A stretch of DNA of 64,000 bases from the NCBI GenBank assembly GCA_964196275.1, contig CAXMSN010000001.1, positions 12,769-76,768 on the forward strand. Reading direction: 5' to 3'. A model generated the notes under the pieces. It did not search any database. It was not told the DNA's origin and saw nothing but the letters and a program-made list of their open reading frames with translations. This document shows, piece by piece, positions 56,465-64,000 of the stretch. Source of the DNA: an uncultured Kiloniellales bacterium. GTDB taxonomy: Bacteria; Actinomycetota; Acidimicrobiia; Spongiisociales; UBA5794. Position numbers and translations under genes: made by a program. The stretch's first letter is position 1. Every line of letters starts with the position of its first letter.

Positions 56465-57413
56465 ACGCGTGATCACCCCGGTGGTCGATGCGATCCGGGC
56501 GGCCGAAAGCATCGGCGTTGTCGGTCATGTGGGCCCTGACGGTGACGCGCTCGGCTCGATGATCGCTCTCGCGCTGGCTGCCACCGAGAACGGCAAGACG
56601 GGAGTCGCTTCCTTCGCCGAGCCGTTCGTGGTGCCTGCCGAGATGTCATACCTGGACACGTCCGTTCTTGTTGTCCCGTCAGTGTTTCCCACCAACCTTG
56701 ACCTTGCGGTAGCGGTGGACACATCGGTCCGCCATCGCGTCGGCTCGCTGGCGGGTGCGATGGAGCAGGCTTCGATACTGGCCGTGATCGACCATCACAT
56801 CTCCGATGGCTCATGGGGGGATGTCACCGCCATCGATCCGAAGGCTGCGGCGACGACCGAACTCGTCTATCAGATCATCAAGGAACTCGGGTGGCCGATC
56901 TCGGAACCGGTTGCGACAGCCCTCTATACCGGTCTTGTCACCGACACTGGTCGGTTCCAGTACTCGTCGACATCCCCGAGTACACATCGAATCGCCGCCG
57001 ATCTGCTCTCGTGTGGCGTGGAACCTGATGTCATCGGCCAGCAACTGTTCGAAGAGGCTCCGTTCGGTTACTACGCCGTCGCTGCGGCGGTTCTTGCCCG
57101 TTCCGTAATGGACGTTGATCACGAATTCGTCTGGTCGATGCTGACGATGGCGGATCTCGATGATGCCGGTGTGGCCTATCACGAGGTCGACGGCTTGATC
57201 GATCTCGTGCGGATGGCGAGAGGCACCGAGGTGGCATGCCTCCTGAAGGAGGCGAAGCCCGGCGTGATCAAGGGTAGCTTGCGTTCCCGGGGGCTGATCG
57301 ACGTGTCGGCGATCGCCGGGACATTCGGCGGTGGCGGACACCACAACGCCTCGGGGTTCACATCCACCGATCCGCCTGAGGACATCGTCGAGCAGATCGT
57401 TTCGCACCTGTAA
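56454..57413 (+). CDS. nrnA: DHH-family bifunctional oligoribonuclease/pAp phosphatase NrnA
   Basis: Starts at the internal Met MTDKRVITPVVDAI. Contains DHH motifs (VGHVGPDGDALGS, VIDHH) and GGGH in the DHHA1 domain. Confidence 0.8.
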   Translation: MTDKRVITPVVDAIRAAESIGVVGHVGPDGDALGSMIALALAATENGKTGVASFAEPFVVPAEMSYLDTSVLVVPSVFPTNLDLAVAVDTSVRHRVGSLAGAMEQASILAVIDHHISDGSWGDVTAIDPKAAATTELVYQIIKELGWPISEPVATALYTGLVTDTGRFQYSSTSPSTHRIAADLLSCGVEPDVIGQQLFEEAPFGYYAVAAAVLARSVMDVDHEFVWSMLTMADLDDAGVAYHEVDGLIDLVRMARGTEVACLLKEAKPGVIKGSLRSRGLIDVSAIAGTFGGGGHHNASGFTSTDPPEDIVEQIVSHL

Positions 57414-57423
57414 TGGTTGCCTG

Positions 57424-58311
57424 ATGTCAGCCGGATTCATCCTCATAGACAAGGAACCTGGCTGGACCTCGCACGACGTAGTGGCGAAGGTGCGAGGATC
57501 CGTCGATGGGAAGGTCGGGCACGCTGGAACGCTCGACCCCATGGCCACCGGACTGCTGGTCCTCGCCGTCGGCGGTGCCACACGACTCTTACGATTCGTT
57601 CAGACCTCGCGTAAGGAGTACGTCGCTACCGCGATGTTCGGCGTCGCTACGGATTCGCTTGATGCGGATGGAGCGGTTCTGTCGAGGGACCCGATGCCGG
57701 TGACCCAAGATCAGGTGGAAGACGTTCTCGACCGTTTCCGCGGCGACATCGTGCAGATTCCACCGATGGTTTCGGCCCGTAAGGTTGAGGGCAGACGGCT
57801 CTATGAGTTAGCGCGCGAAGGCCAGGTCGTCGAACGTGAAGCGCGACCCGTGGCGATCGACGAGCTAGAGATCATCGACTTCGCACCATCTGACTACCCG
57901 GAAGTGACGTTCAGGGTCGTGTGTTCGACGGGGACCTACGTCCGGACGCTTGGCGATGACATCGCACGGGCTCTCGGCGGGAGGGCTCATCTCATTGCGC
58001 TCAGACGGACTCGGAATGGATCAATGGATGTTGCTGACGCGGTCTCCGTGGCTGCGGTCGCAGAGGCTGTTGACCAGGGCCGCGTTGACGAACTGATCAT
58101 CGAAGCATCGATCGCCCTCGGTGGCCTCGACCTCATGTCCGTGGACGCACCCACGGCGTTTCGGGTTCACAATGGTCGGCCCGTGGCCATTGAACCGTCG
58201 ATCGATGTTGACGACGGCGCGTACGTCCGAGTCGTTGATGATGCCGGATCACTCATTGCGGTGTACCGTCGCTTCGGTGAACAGCTTCTACCAGAGGTCG
58301 TACTTGCGTGA
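57424..58311 (+). CDS. truB: tRNA pseudouridine(55) synthase
   Basis: Starts MSAGFILIDKEPGWTSHDVV, with the catalytic Asp in GHAGTLDPMATG. Confidence 0.9.
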   Translation: MSAGFILIDKEPGWTSHDVVAKVRGSVDGKVGHAGTLDPMATGLLVLAVGGATRLLRFVQTSRKEYVATAMFGVATDSLDADGAVLSRDPMPVTQDQVEDVLDRFRGDIVQIPPMVSARKVEGRRLYELAREGQVVEREARPVAIDELEIIDFAPSDYPEVTFRVVCSTGTYVRTLGDDIARALGGRAHLIALRRTRNGSMDVADAVSVAAVAEAVDQGRVDELIIEASIALGGLDLMSVDAPTAFRVHNGRPVAIEPSIDVDDGAYVRVVDDAGSLIAVYRRFGEQLLPEVVLA

Positions 58312-59228
58312 AGATCTTTAGGAACGCGCCCGAGACGTGGAATGAAGAAGGCGCCCGGCATGCAGTGGCGGTCGGAGTCTTCGACGGCGTTCATCGCGGA
58401 CATGCGTCGGTGTTCCAAGCTCTGCGCGATGCCGCTGGAGACGTTCCGGTCTGTGCGTTGACGTTCGGCGTGCATCCCGACGGCATCGTGAGCCCGGACA
58501 CATCGCCGCTCCTGCTCGCAACGCTTGAGCGGAGGTTGGAGCTGCTCGAAGCGGCGGGACTCGACTCTGCCGCCGTGATCGAGTTCGATCAGGATGTTCG
58601 TCATCTGACACCGGACCAGTTTATCGACACCTACCTCGTCTCTGCACTGAGAGCGACCACCGTATCTGTCGGCACGGGATTTCGCTTCGGGTTCGGCGCC
58701 GAGGGAACGGTCGACACCTTGCGACTCGCCGGAAAGACGAGCGGGTTCGAAGTTGTCGAGACGCCGATCGTTGAGCTTCACGGCACCGAAGTGAGGTCAT
58801 CATCTATCCGGGCTGCGATCGCGACCGGCGCGGTCGAACTCGCTGCTCGCATGCTTGGTCGTCCGTTCGAGATCGAGGGACTTGTCGTTGAGGGCGATCA
58901 ACGTGGGAGGACGATCGGTTTCCCAACTGCCAACATCACGATGCCGATCGGCCTTGTGAGACCAGCCGGGGGCGTGTATGCGGTTCGCTGCGGTGTCGAT
59001 GGCGTTGCCATGGCCGGTGTCAGCAACGTAGGAACCCGTCCGACGTTCGGGGGAGGGCCGGAAACGATCGAGGTGCACATCCTCGACGAGACGATCGATC
59101 TGTACGGCAAGACGGTCCTTGTGGAATTCATAGACAGGATTCGCAACGAACAGCGCTTCGCTTCGGTTGATGCTCTGGTTTCGCAGATTGAAGCCGACGT
59201 GGACGTGGCACGGGCGATTCTCGCCTAA
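58308..59228 (+). CDS. ribF: Bifunctional riboflavin kinase/FMN adenylyltransferase
   Basis: GTG start overlapping the truB stop. GVFDGVHRGH nucleotidyltransferase motif plus a C-terminal riboflavin-kinase domain. Confidence 0.9.
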   Translation: MKIFRNAPETWNEEGARHAVAVGVFDGVHRGHASVFQALRDAAGDVPVCALTFGVHPDGIVSPDTSPLLLATLERRLELLEAAGLDSAAVIEFDQDVRHLTPDQFIDTYLVSALRATTVSVGTGFRFGFGAEGTVDTLRLAGKTSGFEVVETPIVELHGTEVRSSSIRAAIATGAVELAARMLGRPFEIEGLVVEGDQRGRTIGFPTANITMPIGLVRPAGGVYAVRCGVDGVAMAGVSNVGTRPTFGGGPETIEVHILDETIDLYGKTVLVEFIDRIRNEQRFASVDALVSQIEADVDVARAILA

Positions 59229-59310
59229 GTTCCGATGCCGTGGGGGTTGAAGTTGGCGGCGATGGCACGCATGCTGGACGGACACCTGCGCTTCCCGTGA
59301 GAGGAAGCAC

Positions 59311-60309
59311 ATGTTCGTTGCGATCGCAACAGCGGTTCTGCTCGCAATTCCCGTCTTCGAGTCTGATCCAGTATCGCCTGCCGGTGGTCTTGGACTCTCG
59401 CCGAATCCGATCGTTCGCAGCATTGGAGCGGCATCGCCGCCGTCCCGTTCTGCGTTGCCCGTCTCGCTTCCGTTCGCAGGGGTAGCGGTCACCGCTGCTG
59501 GTGCGGCGGCTATCTACCGGCGAAGACGCAACGACTCTCCATTGCTCGTGGTCGTGCATGGGCACGGCGGCGATGCGGAGAACTTCGATCGCCTGATCGA
59601 CATGATGGACATCGATGGAGCAAGGGTCGTCGCGTTCGATTACAGCTGGGCCGACGGCGGGACGGACTCAACGTCGTCGTCTCGATCCGTGCCGACAGCC
59701 GCAGCGGCTATCGCGCTGGATGCGTTCATGCGCCAACTGGCTGTGACGAACTCGAATATGTACTCCCTGCACCACTCCAAGGGCGGAGCAGTCGGCGTTT
59801 CGATGATCGCATCGCTCGACGACGGTTCACGGCCACCGATCGACGGGTACCAGGGGGCAGCACTTCTGGACCCAGCAATCGCTTCTGGGTTCCTAGGAGA
59901 GCTTCAATCCTCGGGCCAGGGACACGGTTGGCTTCCTGACGATGGCGGCTTCGATCCGATCCACTGCGATGACACGGGATGCACCGATGTACGCCATCAC
60001 CTCGGCGAAGCATCCGGTGTCGAGGTGATCGCCGTCCGGAACCGGGATGCCCTTGTGACGAACTTCACCGATCGACCTGACGGTCTTCGGGTCTTCGACC
60101 TGCACGATGGGCTTCCCAGTGCACTCGCGTACGGCGGATTCCTCCTCCCTCGAATCATCCAGGCCCACAACTCCGTGCTGAACCACAAGGATGTCGCCAA
60201 CTGTGTGAAAGCAGAGGTCAGCCTCCCTGGCTCATGCGAATGGGGTGTCGAACCGCGGCGCCAACGATTCAGAGGCGGAGGATCGCGTCGCATGAATCTT
60301 GTTCTGTAG
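59311..60309 (+). CDS. Secreted alpha/beta-hydrolase, lipase class 2-like
   Basis: Signal peptide (MFVAIATAVLLAIPVFE), an oxyanion region (VVVHGHGGD) and a nucleophile elbow (LHHSKGGAV, resembling AHSMGG). Confidence 0.6.
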   Translation: MFVAIATAVLLAIPVFESDPVSPAGGLGLSPNPIVRSIGAASPPSRSALPVSLPFAGVAVTAAGAAAIYRRRRNDSPLLVVVHGHGGDAENFDRLIDMMDIDGARVVAFDYSWADGGTDSTSSSRSVPTAAAAIALDAFMRQLAVTNSNMYSLHHSKGGAVGVSMIASLDDGSRPPIDGYQGAALLDPAIASGFLGELQSSGQGHGWLPDDGGFDPIHCDDTGCTDVRHHLGEASGVEVIAVRNRDALVTNFTDRPDGLRVFDLHDGLPSALAYGGFLLPRIIQAHNSVLNHKDVANCVKAEVSLPGSCEWGVEPRRQRFRGGGSRRMNLVL

Positions 60310-60353
60310 GGAAGGCAGATCCCTGGCACGTGAGAGCCGGACACGACGTCGCT

Positions 60354-60863
60354 ATGTTGGAGTCACCAACACAGACGGAGAGATCGATGGGTGAAGAGGG
60401 ACGATCAGAGAGCCACCGGCAGTTCTCGGCTGAGTGCTTCAACAGCGTCTGGGATCTACTCGATCGGTCCGAGCGAACCGAGGACGAAACGGAACTGATG
60501 ATCGATACGGCTCACGCCTCCCGATATCACTGGCGGATGCGCGACGACGTAGAACCACGGAACATGGCCATATCGAGTTGGCAACTCTCTCGCGTGTACG
60601 CGGCCGCGGGTCACCCCGATCCGGCCCTGCGGTACGCGGAGGAGTCTCTCGACCTTTGCAAGTCGAATGGCCTGTCACCCTTCCTCACCGGCTACGCCTT
60701 GGAGGCGCTCACGCGAGCAGCGCTTCTCGGCGGTGATTCCAAGGCAGCCGGTCTGACGCGTGCGGCGGCGACGGAGGCCGCCATGAAGGTAGAGGACGAC
60801 GAAGAGCGGGTGATGCTTCTCAAAGATATCGATGACGCGATGGGGCACGGGGGAGAGCGATGA
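60354..60863 (+). CDS. Hypothetical protein translationally coupled to AhcY-like gene
   Basis: Internal ATG of ORF 60234..60863. No recognisable motifs. ATGA overlap with the downstream gene. Confidence 0.4.
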   Translation: MLESPTQTERSMGEEGRSESHRQFSAECFNSVWDLLDRSERTEDETELMIDTAHASRYHWRMRDDVEPRNMAISSWQLSRVYAAAGHPDPALRYAEESLDLCKSNGLSPFLTGYALEALTRAALLGGDSKAAGLTRAAATEAAMKVEDDEERVMLLKDIDDAMGHGGER

Positions 60864-62080
60864 CGTCGGGCGGACGTACCGACGATGATGCAGAGCAACG
60901 GGTCCTCTGGACGGCGTCGAACATGCCCCTGCTACGAACGATCGGTGAGGAATTCGACCGCACGCTGCCGTTCGCCGGTCTTCGGATTGGGGTCTCGCTG
61001 CATCTCGAAGCGAAGACGGCGGTCCTCCTGGAAACGCTTCAGCGGGGCGGGGCCGACGTCGTGGCCAGCGGAAACTACGGAACCACGCAAGACGACATTG
61101 TCGAGTATCTTCTCCGCCGAGGGATCGACGCGCGAGGGTCGCGCTCCGACGATCTCGACACGCACATGGAAGCCGTGTCATCTGTCGTCGATGCCGATCC
61201 AGATATCCTGCTCGACAACGGCGCCGATCTAATGAGCCTCGTTGTTGACAGGGGCCTTGACGTCGTCGGAGGCACCGAAGAAACCACATCCGGACACATG
61301 AGGCTGGTTGGTGAGTTCAAGGATCGGATCGGGTTTCCCGTCATCGTGATCAATGACACTCCGCTCAAGGCGATAGCGGAAAATCAGCATGCGGTCGGGC
61401 AATCGGTGTACGAGTCGTTCTGTCGATTGACCAACCTCATGCCGCAGGGGAAGCGGTTCCTTGTCGTCGGCTACGGATGGTGCGGTCGTGGTGTTGCTCA
61501 CTATGCACGTTCGAACGGCGCACACGTAAGCGTCGCCGAAGTGGACGAGATCAAGAGACTTGAGGCGGCACTCGATGGCTTCCGGGTCGGGTCGGTCCTT
61601 GAACTCATCGAGGATGCCGATGTGGTGATCACCGTCACAGGATCCGAGAAGGTCGTCGGGTCTGAGGCCCTTGCTGTCGCTCCGAGCGGTGTGCTCTTGG
61701 CCAATGCCGGTCACTTCCCGACAGAGATCGATGTCGCACATCTCATGTCGCTGACGAAGGAAGAGATCGGTCTCGGAGAGTCGATCACACGCCATGTTCT
61801 CAACGACGGCCGGACGATCGATCTGGTGACGGGTGGCCGCATGATGAATCTTGCAGGTCCGTACCCCAAAGGAAACTCGATCGAGTCGATGGATCTCGGC
61901 TTCGCTCTCCAGGCGAGATCCCTTGAGAGGGTGGCGCTCCACCACGCCGATCTTCCATCGGGAGCACAGTCCGTGCCTGATGACATCAACCGCAGCCTCG
62001 CTACAGCGTTCGTCGACGCAATGCAGGACTGGAGAGGCGCACGCGCAGCTTTCGTGGAGCGAGACACCAACGGCCTCTAA
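60860..62080 (+). CDS. Short (406 aa) adenosylhomocysteinase-family protein, divergent
   Basis: Aligns with AhcY motifs: LHLEAKTAVLLETL vs LHMTIQTAVLIETL, EETTSG vs EETTTG, NAD-binding GYGWCGRG vs GYGDVGKG, NAGHFPTEID vs NIGHFDVEID. It lacks the ~40-aa insertion of bacterial long-form AhcY. Confidence 0.65.
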   Translation: MTSGGRTDDDAEQRVLWTASNMPLLRTIGEEFDRTLPFAGLRIGVSLHLEAKTAVLLETLQRGGADVVASGNYGTTQDDIVEYLLRRGIDARGSRSDDLDTHMEAVSSVVDADPDILLDNGADLMSLVVDRGLDVVGGTEETTSGHMRLVGEFKDRIGFPVIVINDTPLKAIAENQHAVGQSVYESFCRLTNLMPQGKRFLVVGYGWCGRGVAHYARSNGAHVSVAEVDEIKRLEAALDGFRVGSVLELIEDADVVITVTGSEKVVGSEALAVAPSGVLLANAGHFPTEIDVAHLMSLTKEEIGLGESITRHVLNDGRTIDLVTGGRMMNLAGPYPKGNSIESMDLGFALQARSLERVALHHADLPSGAQSVPDDINRSLATAFVDAMQDWRGARAAFVERDTNGL

Positions 62081-62364
62081 GGCGCCGGCTTGTCCTGGTG
62101 GAGGTCGGCGTATGAGATGTGGCTGATCGTGACGTCGTGCGGCTTCTTGTTCGGTATGAAGCGTGGTCCGCTCAGGAGCTTGTAGGTCCGGATCTGCACA
62201 ACAGCGGGTGCGGAGTCGTCTTCGGGTAGCGCCATTATCTCGGCGTACTCGATGATCCGGCCGTCGTGCATATGGACGCTGGTGAGCCACCCGTTGGCCA
62301 TCGCCATCGAGAGTTCAGCTTTGACTGTTTCGATGCTCATGGAACGACGATAGGTTGGTGACAT
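62077..62364 (-). CDS. Hypothetical small protein
   Basis: 95-aa ORF, convergent with the AhcY-like gene and divergent from ridA. No recognisable motifs. May be spurious. Confidence 0.3.
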   Translation of the reverse strand: MSPTYRRSMSIETVKAELSMAMANGWLTSVHMHDGRIIEYAEIMALPEDDSAPAVVQIRTYKLLSGPRFIPNKKPHDVTISHISYADLHQDKPAP

Positions 62365-62743
62365 GGCGGAACGTCACCACGGTGTATCACCGTACGAGAA
62401 TCGATATGGGTTCGCTCGTGGTGTGCGGGTGGGCAGCAGGATCCTCGTCGCTGGCACGGCGCCTGTTCCCGAGCCTGACGATGAACTCGCATCCGGGCCG
62501 TACGCACAGATGTTGCGGTGTGGTGAGATAGCGCTCGAGTCCGTCGTCGCTCTCGGAGGCTCCGTGGACGACGTCGTGAGGACCCGCATGTTCATCACCG
62601 ATGCGGCGGATTCCGATGAGGTCGGCCGAGCCCACAAGGAGTTGTTCGGAGCGTCAGAGCCTGCAGCGACGATGGTCGTCGTGGCTGCACTGCTCGATCC
62701 CGCGTGGCTTGTCGAGATCGAGGTCGAAGCGGTGCTGCGGTAG
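62363..62743 (+). CDS. ridA: RidA/YjgF/L-PSP family enamine/imine deaminase
   Basis: 126 aa with an end typical of the RidA family (TRMFITDAADSDEVGRAHKELFG...PAATMVVVAAL). Confidence 0.75.
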   Translation: MAERHHGVSPYENRYGFARGVRVGSRILVAGTAPVPEPDDELASGPYAQMLRCGEIALESVVALGGSVDDVVRTRMFITDAADSDEVGRAHKELFGASEPAATMVVVAALLDPAWLVEIEVEAVLR

Positions 62744-62861
62744 GAGCAACGCTTTCTCAGGCCGGAAATATGTTCGGTTGGGGAGGGCGCATTGAGCTAG
62801 CGCGCTGTTACTCTCCCGGTGGGCAATCGGCCGACCACTTACACGCGTAGGAAAGTACCTC

Positions 62862-63119
62862 GTGGAAGACACTCAGACAGTTGTAGATGATTACGGCACG
62901 CATGCCACCGACACGGGTTCGCCCGAGGTTCAGGTAGCGCTGCTGACTCAACGTATCAACCACCTCACCGAGCACCTGAAGACCCATAAAAAGGATCATC
63001 ACGGCCGGCGGGGTTTGCTCATGATGGTCGGTAAGAGGCGGCGACTGCTCCGGTACCTCCAAGAACAAGATGTGGAGCGTTACCGGGCCCTGATTGCAAA
63101 ATTGGGACTGCGTCGCTAG
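62862..63119 (+). CDS. rpsO: 30S ribosomal protein S15
   Basis: GTG start with an [47 protein letters not shown] matches S15. Confidence 0.9.
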   Translation: MEDTQTVVDDYGTHATDTGSPEVQVALLTQRINHLTEHLKTHKKDHHGRRGLLMMVGKRRRLLRYLQEQDVERYRALIAKLGLRR

Positions 63120-63199
63120 CGAACCTGACACGAAGGTGGCATCTGCCGCCCTCAGTCATATTCGCTTCGATGCACCGTCGGAGGACGTACCCCAGTTGA

Positions 63200-63241
63200 C
63201 AGTGGTGGCCATTCGAACCACTTCTCGAATGCTCACCACTG
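63200..63241 (+). promoter_or_regulatory. Two-tier hairpin in rpsO-pnp intergenic leader
   Basis: Outer 8-bp stem CAGTGGTG/CACCACTG enclosing an inner ATTCGA/TCGAAT stem. Its position mirrors the RNase III-processed pnp leader hairpin of other bacteria. Confidence 0.4.
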
Positions 63242-63278
63242 CCAATTGGACGTTCCTCCCTAATCAAAGGAGAGACGC

Positions 63279-64000
63279 GTGGCAGAGACCACCGTTCGCG
63301 GGCGCGTAGGCGAAGTAGAAATTTCGTTCACCGCAGGTAAGCTCGCACAACTCGCAGATGGATCCGCAGTGGTCCGTATCGGCGATACAGAGGTCCTCGT
63401 GACCGCAACCGGAAGCCGACGTTTGAGAGACAACGTCGACTTCTTCCCCCTGACCGTTGACGTTGAAGAGCGCACGTACGCCGTGGGACGCATCCCCGGC
63501 TCGTTCTTCCGCCGTGAAGGCAGGGCAACCGAGAAGGCGACGCTCACTGCTCGCTTGATCGATAGGCCGCTCAGGCCGAACTTCAAGGACGGCTACCGCC
63601 ACGACACTCATGTCGTTGCGACGATCCTTGCTGCAGACCTTGAGAACCCACATGACATCATGGCGCTCAACGGCGCATCGGCTGCCCTTTCGGTCAGCCC
63701 GATCCCGTTCGAGGGTCCGATCGGCGCAATCCGACTCGCACTCATCGATGGTGAATGGGTGGCGTTCCCGACGTACGAGCAAGGCGAAGAAGCCGTGTTC
63801 GAGATCATCGTTGCCGGAAAGCGAAATGCCGAAGGCAATATCGATATCGCTATGGTCGAAGCTGGTGCGTCTGAGGACGGCTACCGGATGGTCCAGAACG
63901 GCGCACAGCGTTCAGACGAAGCAACCGTGGCCGCAGGCCTTGAGGCTTCGAAGGAGTACATCTCGACGTTGATCGACCTTCAGCTCGAACTGGCTGAGAA
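63279..64000 (+). CDS. pnp: Polyribonucleotide nucleotidyltransferase (PNPase), 5' partial, runs off window end
   Basis: GTG start with an AAAGGAGAG RBS. Translation VAETTVRGRVGEVEISFTAGKLAQLADGSAVV...FFPLTVDVEERTYAVGRIPGSFFRREGR matches the PNPase N-terminal RNase PH domain. Not in the track because no stop lies within the window. Confidence 0.85.
   Translation, partial: MAETTVRGRVGEVEISFTAGKLAQLADGSAVVRIGDTEVLVTATGSRRLRDNVDFFPLTVDVEERTYAVGRIPGSFFRREGRATEKATLTARLIDRPLRPNFKDGYRHDTHVVATILAADLENPHDIMALNGASAALSVSPIPFEGPIGAIRLALIDGEWVAFPTYEQGEEAVFEIIVAGKRNAEGNIDIAMVEAGASEDGYRMVQNGAQRSDEATVAAGLEASKEYISTLIDLQLELAE

Noticed and set aside
1-64000. tRNA, rRNA, tmRNA and SRP-RNA genes.
   Set aside because: Intergenic regions are short, mostly under 180 nt. 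None shows a tRNA cloverleaf-compatible pattern or conserved SRP/tmRNA motifs on inspection. I cannot run a covariance search, so small ncRNAs cannot be excluded.

Overview
This is a high-GC, actinobacterial-type chromosomal window. It is almost fully coding. I call about 70 CDS and find no rRNA or tRNA.

Gene order follows the conserved Mycobacterium/Streptomyces housekeeping backbone. The shared genes include recG, rsmD-coaD, rpmF-plsX-rnc-smc-ftsY, ffh-rpsP-KH-rimM, trmD-rplS-lepB, yraN-yifB-dprA-xerC, rpsB-tsf-pyrH-frr-cdsA-dxr-rseP-ispG, proS, rimP-nusA-infB-rbfA-nrnA-truB-ribF and rpsO-pnp. Many adjacent genes have 4-nt ATGA/GTGA overlaps, which implies translational coupling.

Several accessory insertions interrupt this backbone:
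1. A nucleoside-salvage operon, upp-atl-deoA-punA, plus etfBA and cdd lies between ftsY and ffh.
2. A ~11.7 kb block splits the rimM-trmD operon. It carries icmF, a Rieske[2Fe-2S]-TPP enzyme fusion, a lipoprotein, an MFS-cofG-cofH FO-synthase operon in which cofH has a 230-aa N-terminal extension, and a TetR regulator.
3. An AlkA-like glycosylase lies between rplS and lepB.
4. A lipase, DUF protein, short AhcY-like protein and RidA block lies between ribF and rpsO.

Two dispersed non-coding repeat families stand out:
- Heptameric GTGGTCC/GGACCAC tandem arrays, often placed immediately upstream of start codons.
- A composite AT-rich TACGTA-hairpin plus TCCTCTGC element, present in four copies, all in the same orientation at the 3' ends of plus-strand genes.

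Several housekeeping proteins carry long acidic low-complexity extensions: CdsA, NusA, S16 and IF2.

Coordinates come from the supplied ORF track, refined by codon counting. Product calls are based on motifs read from the translations, not on database searches.
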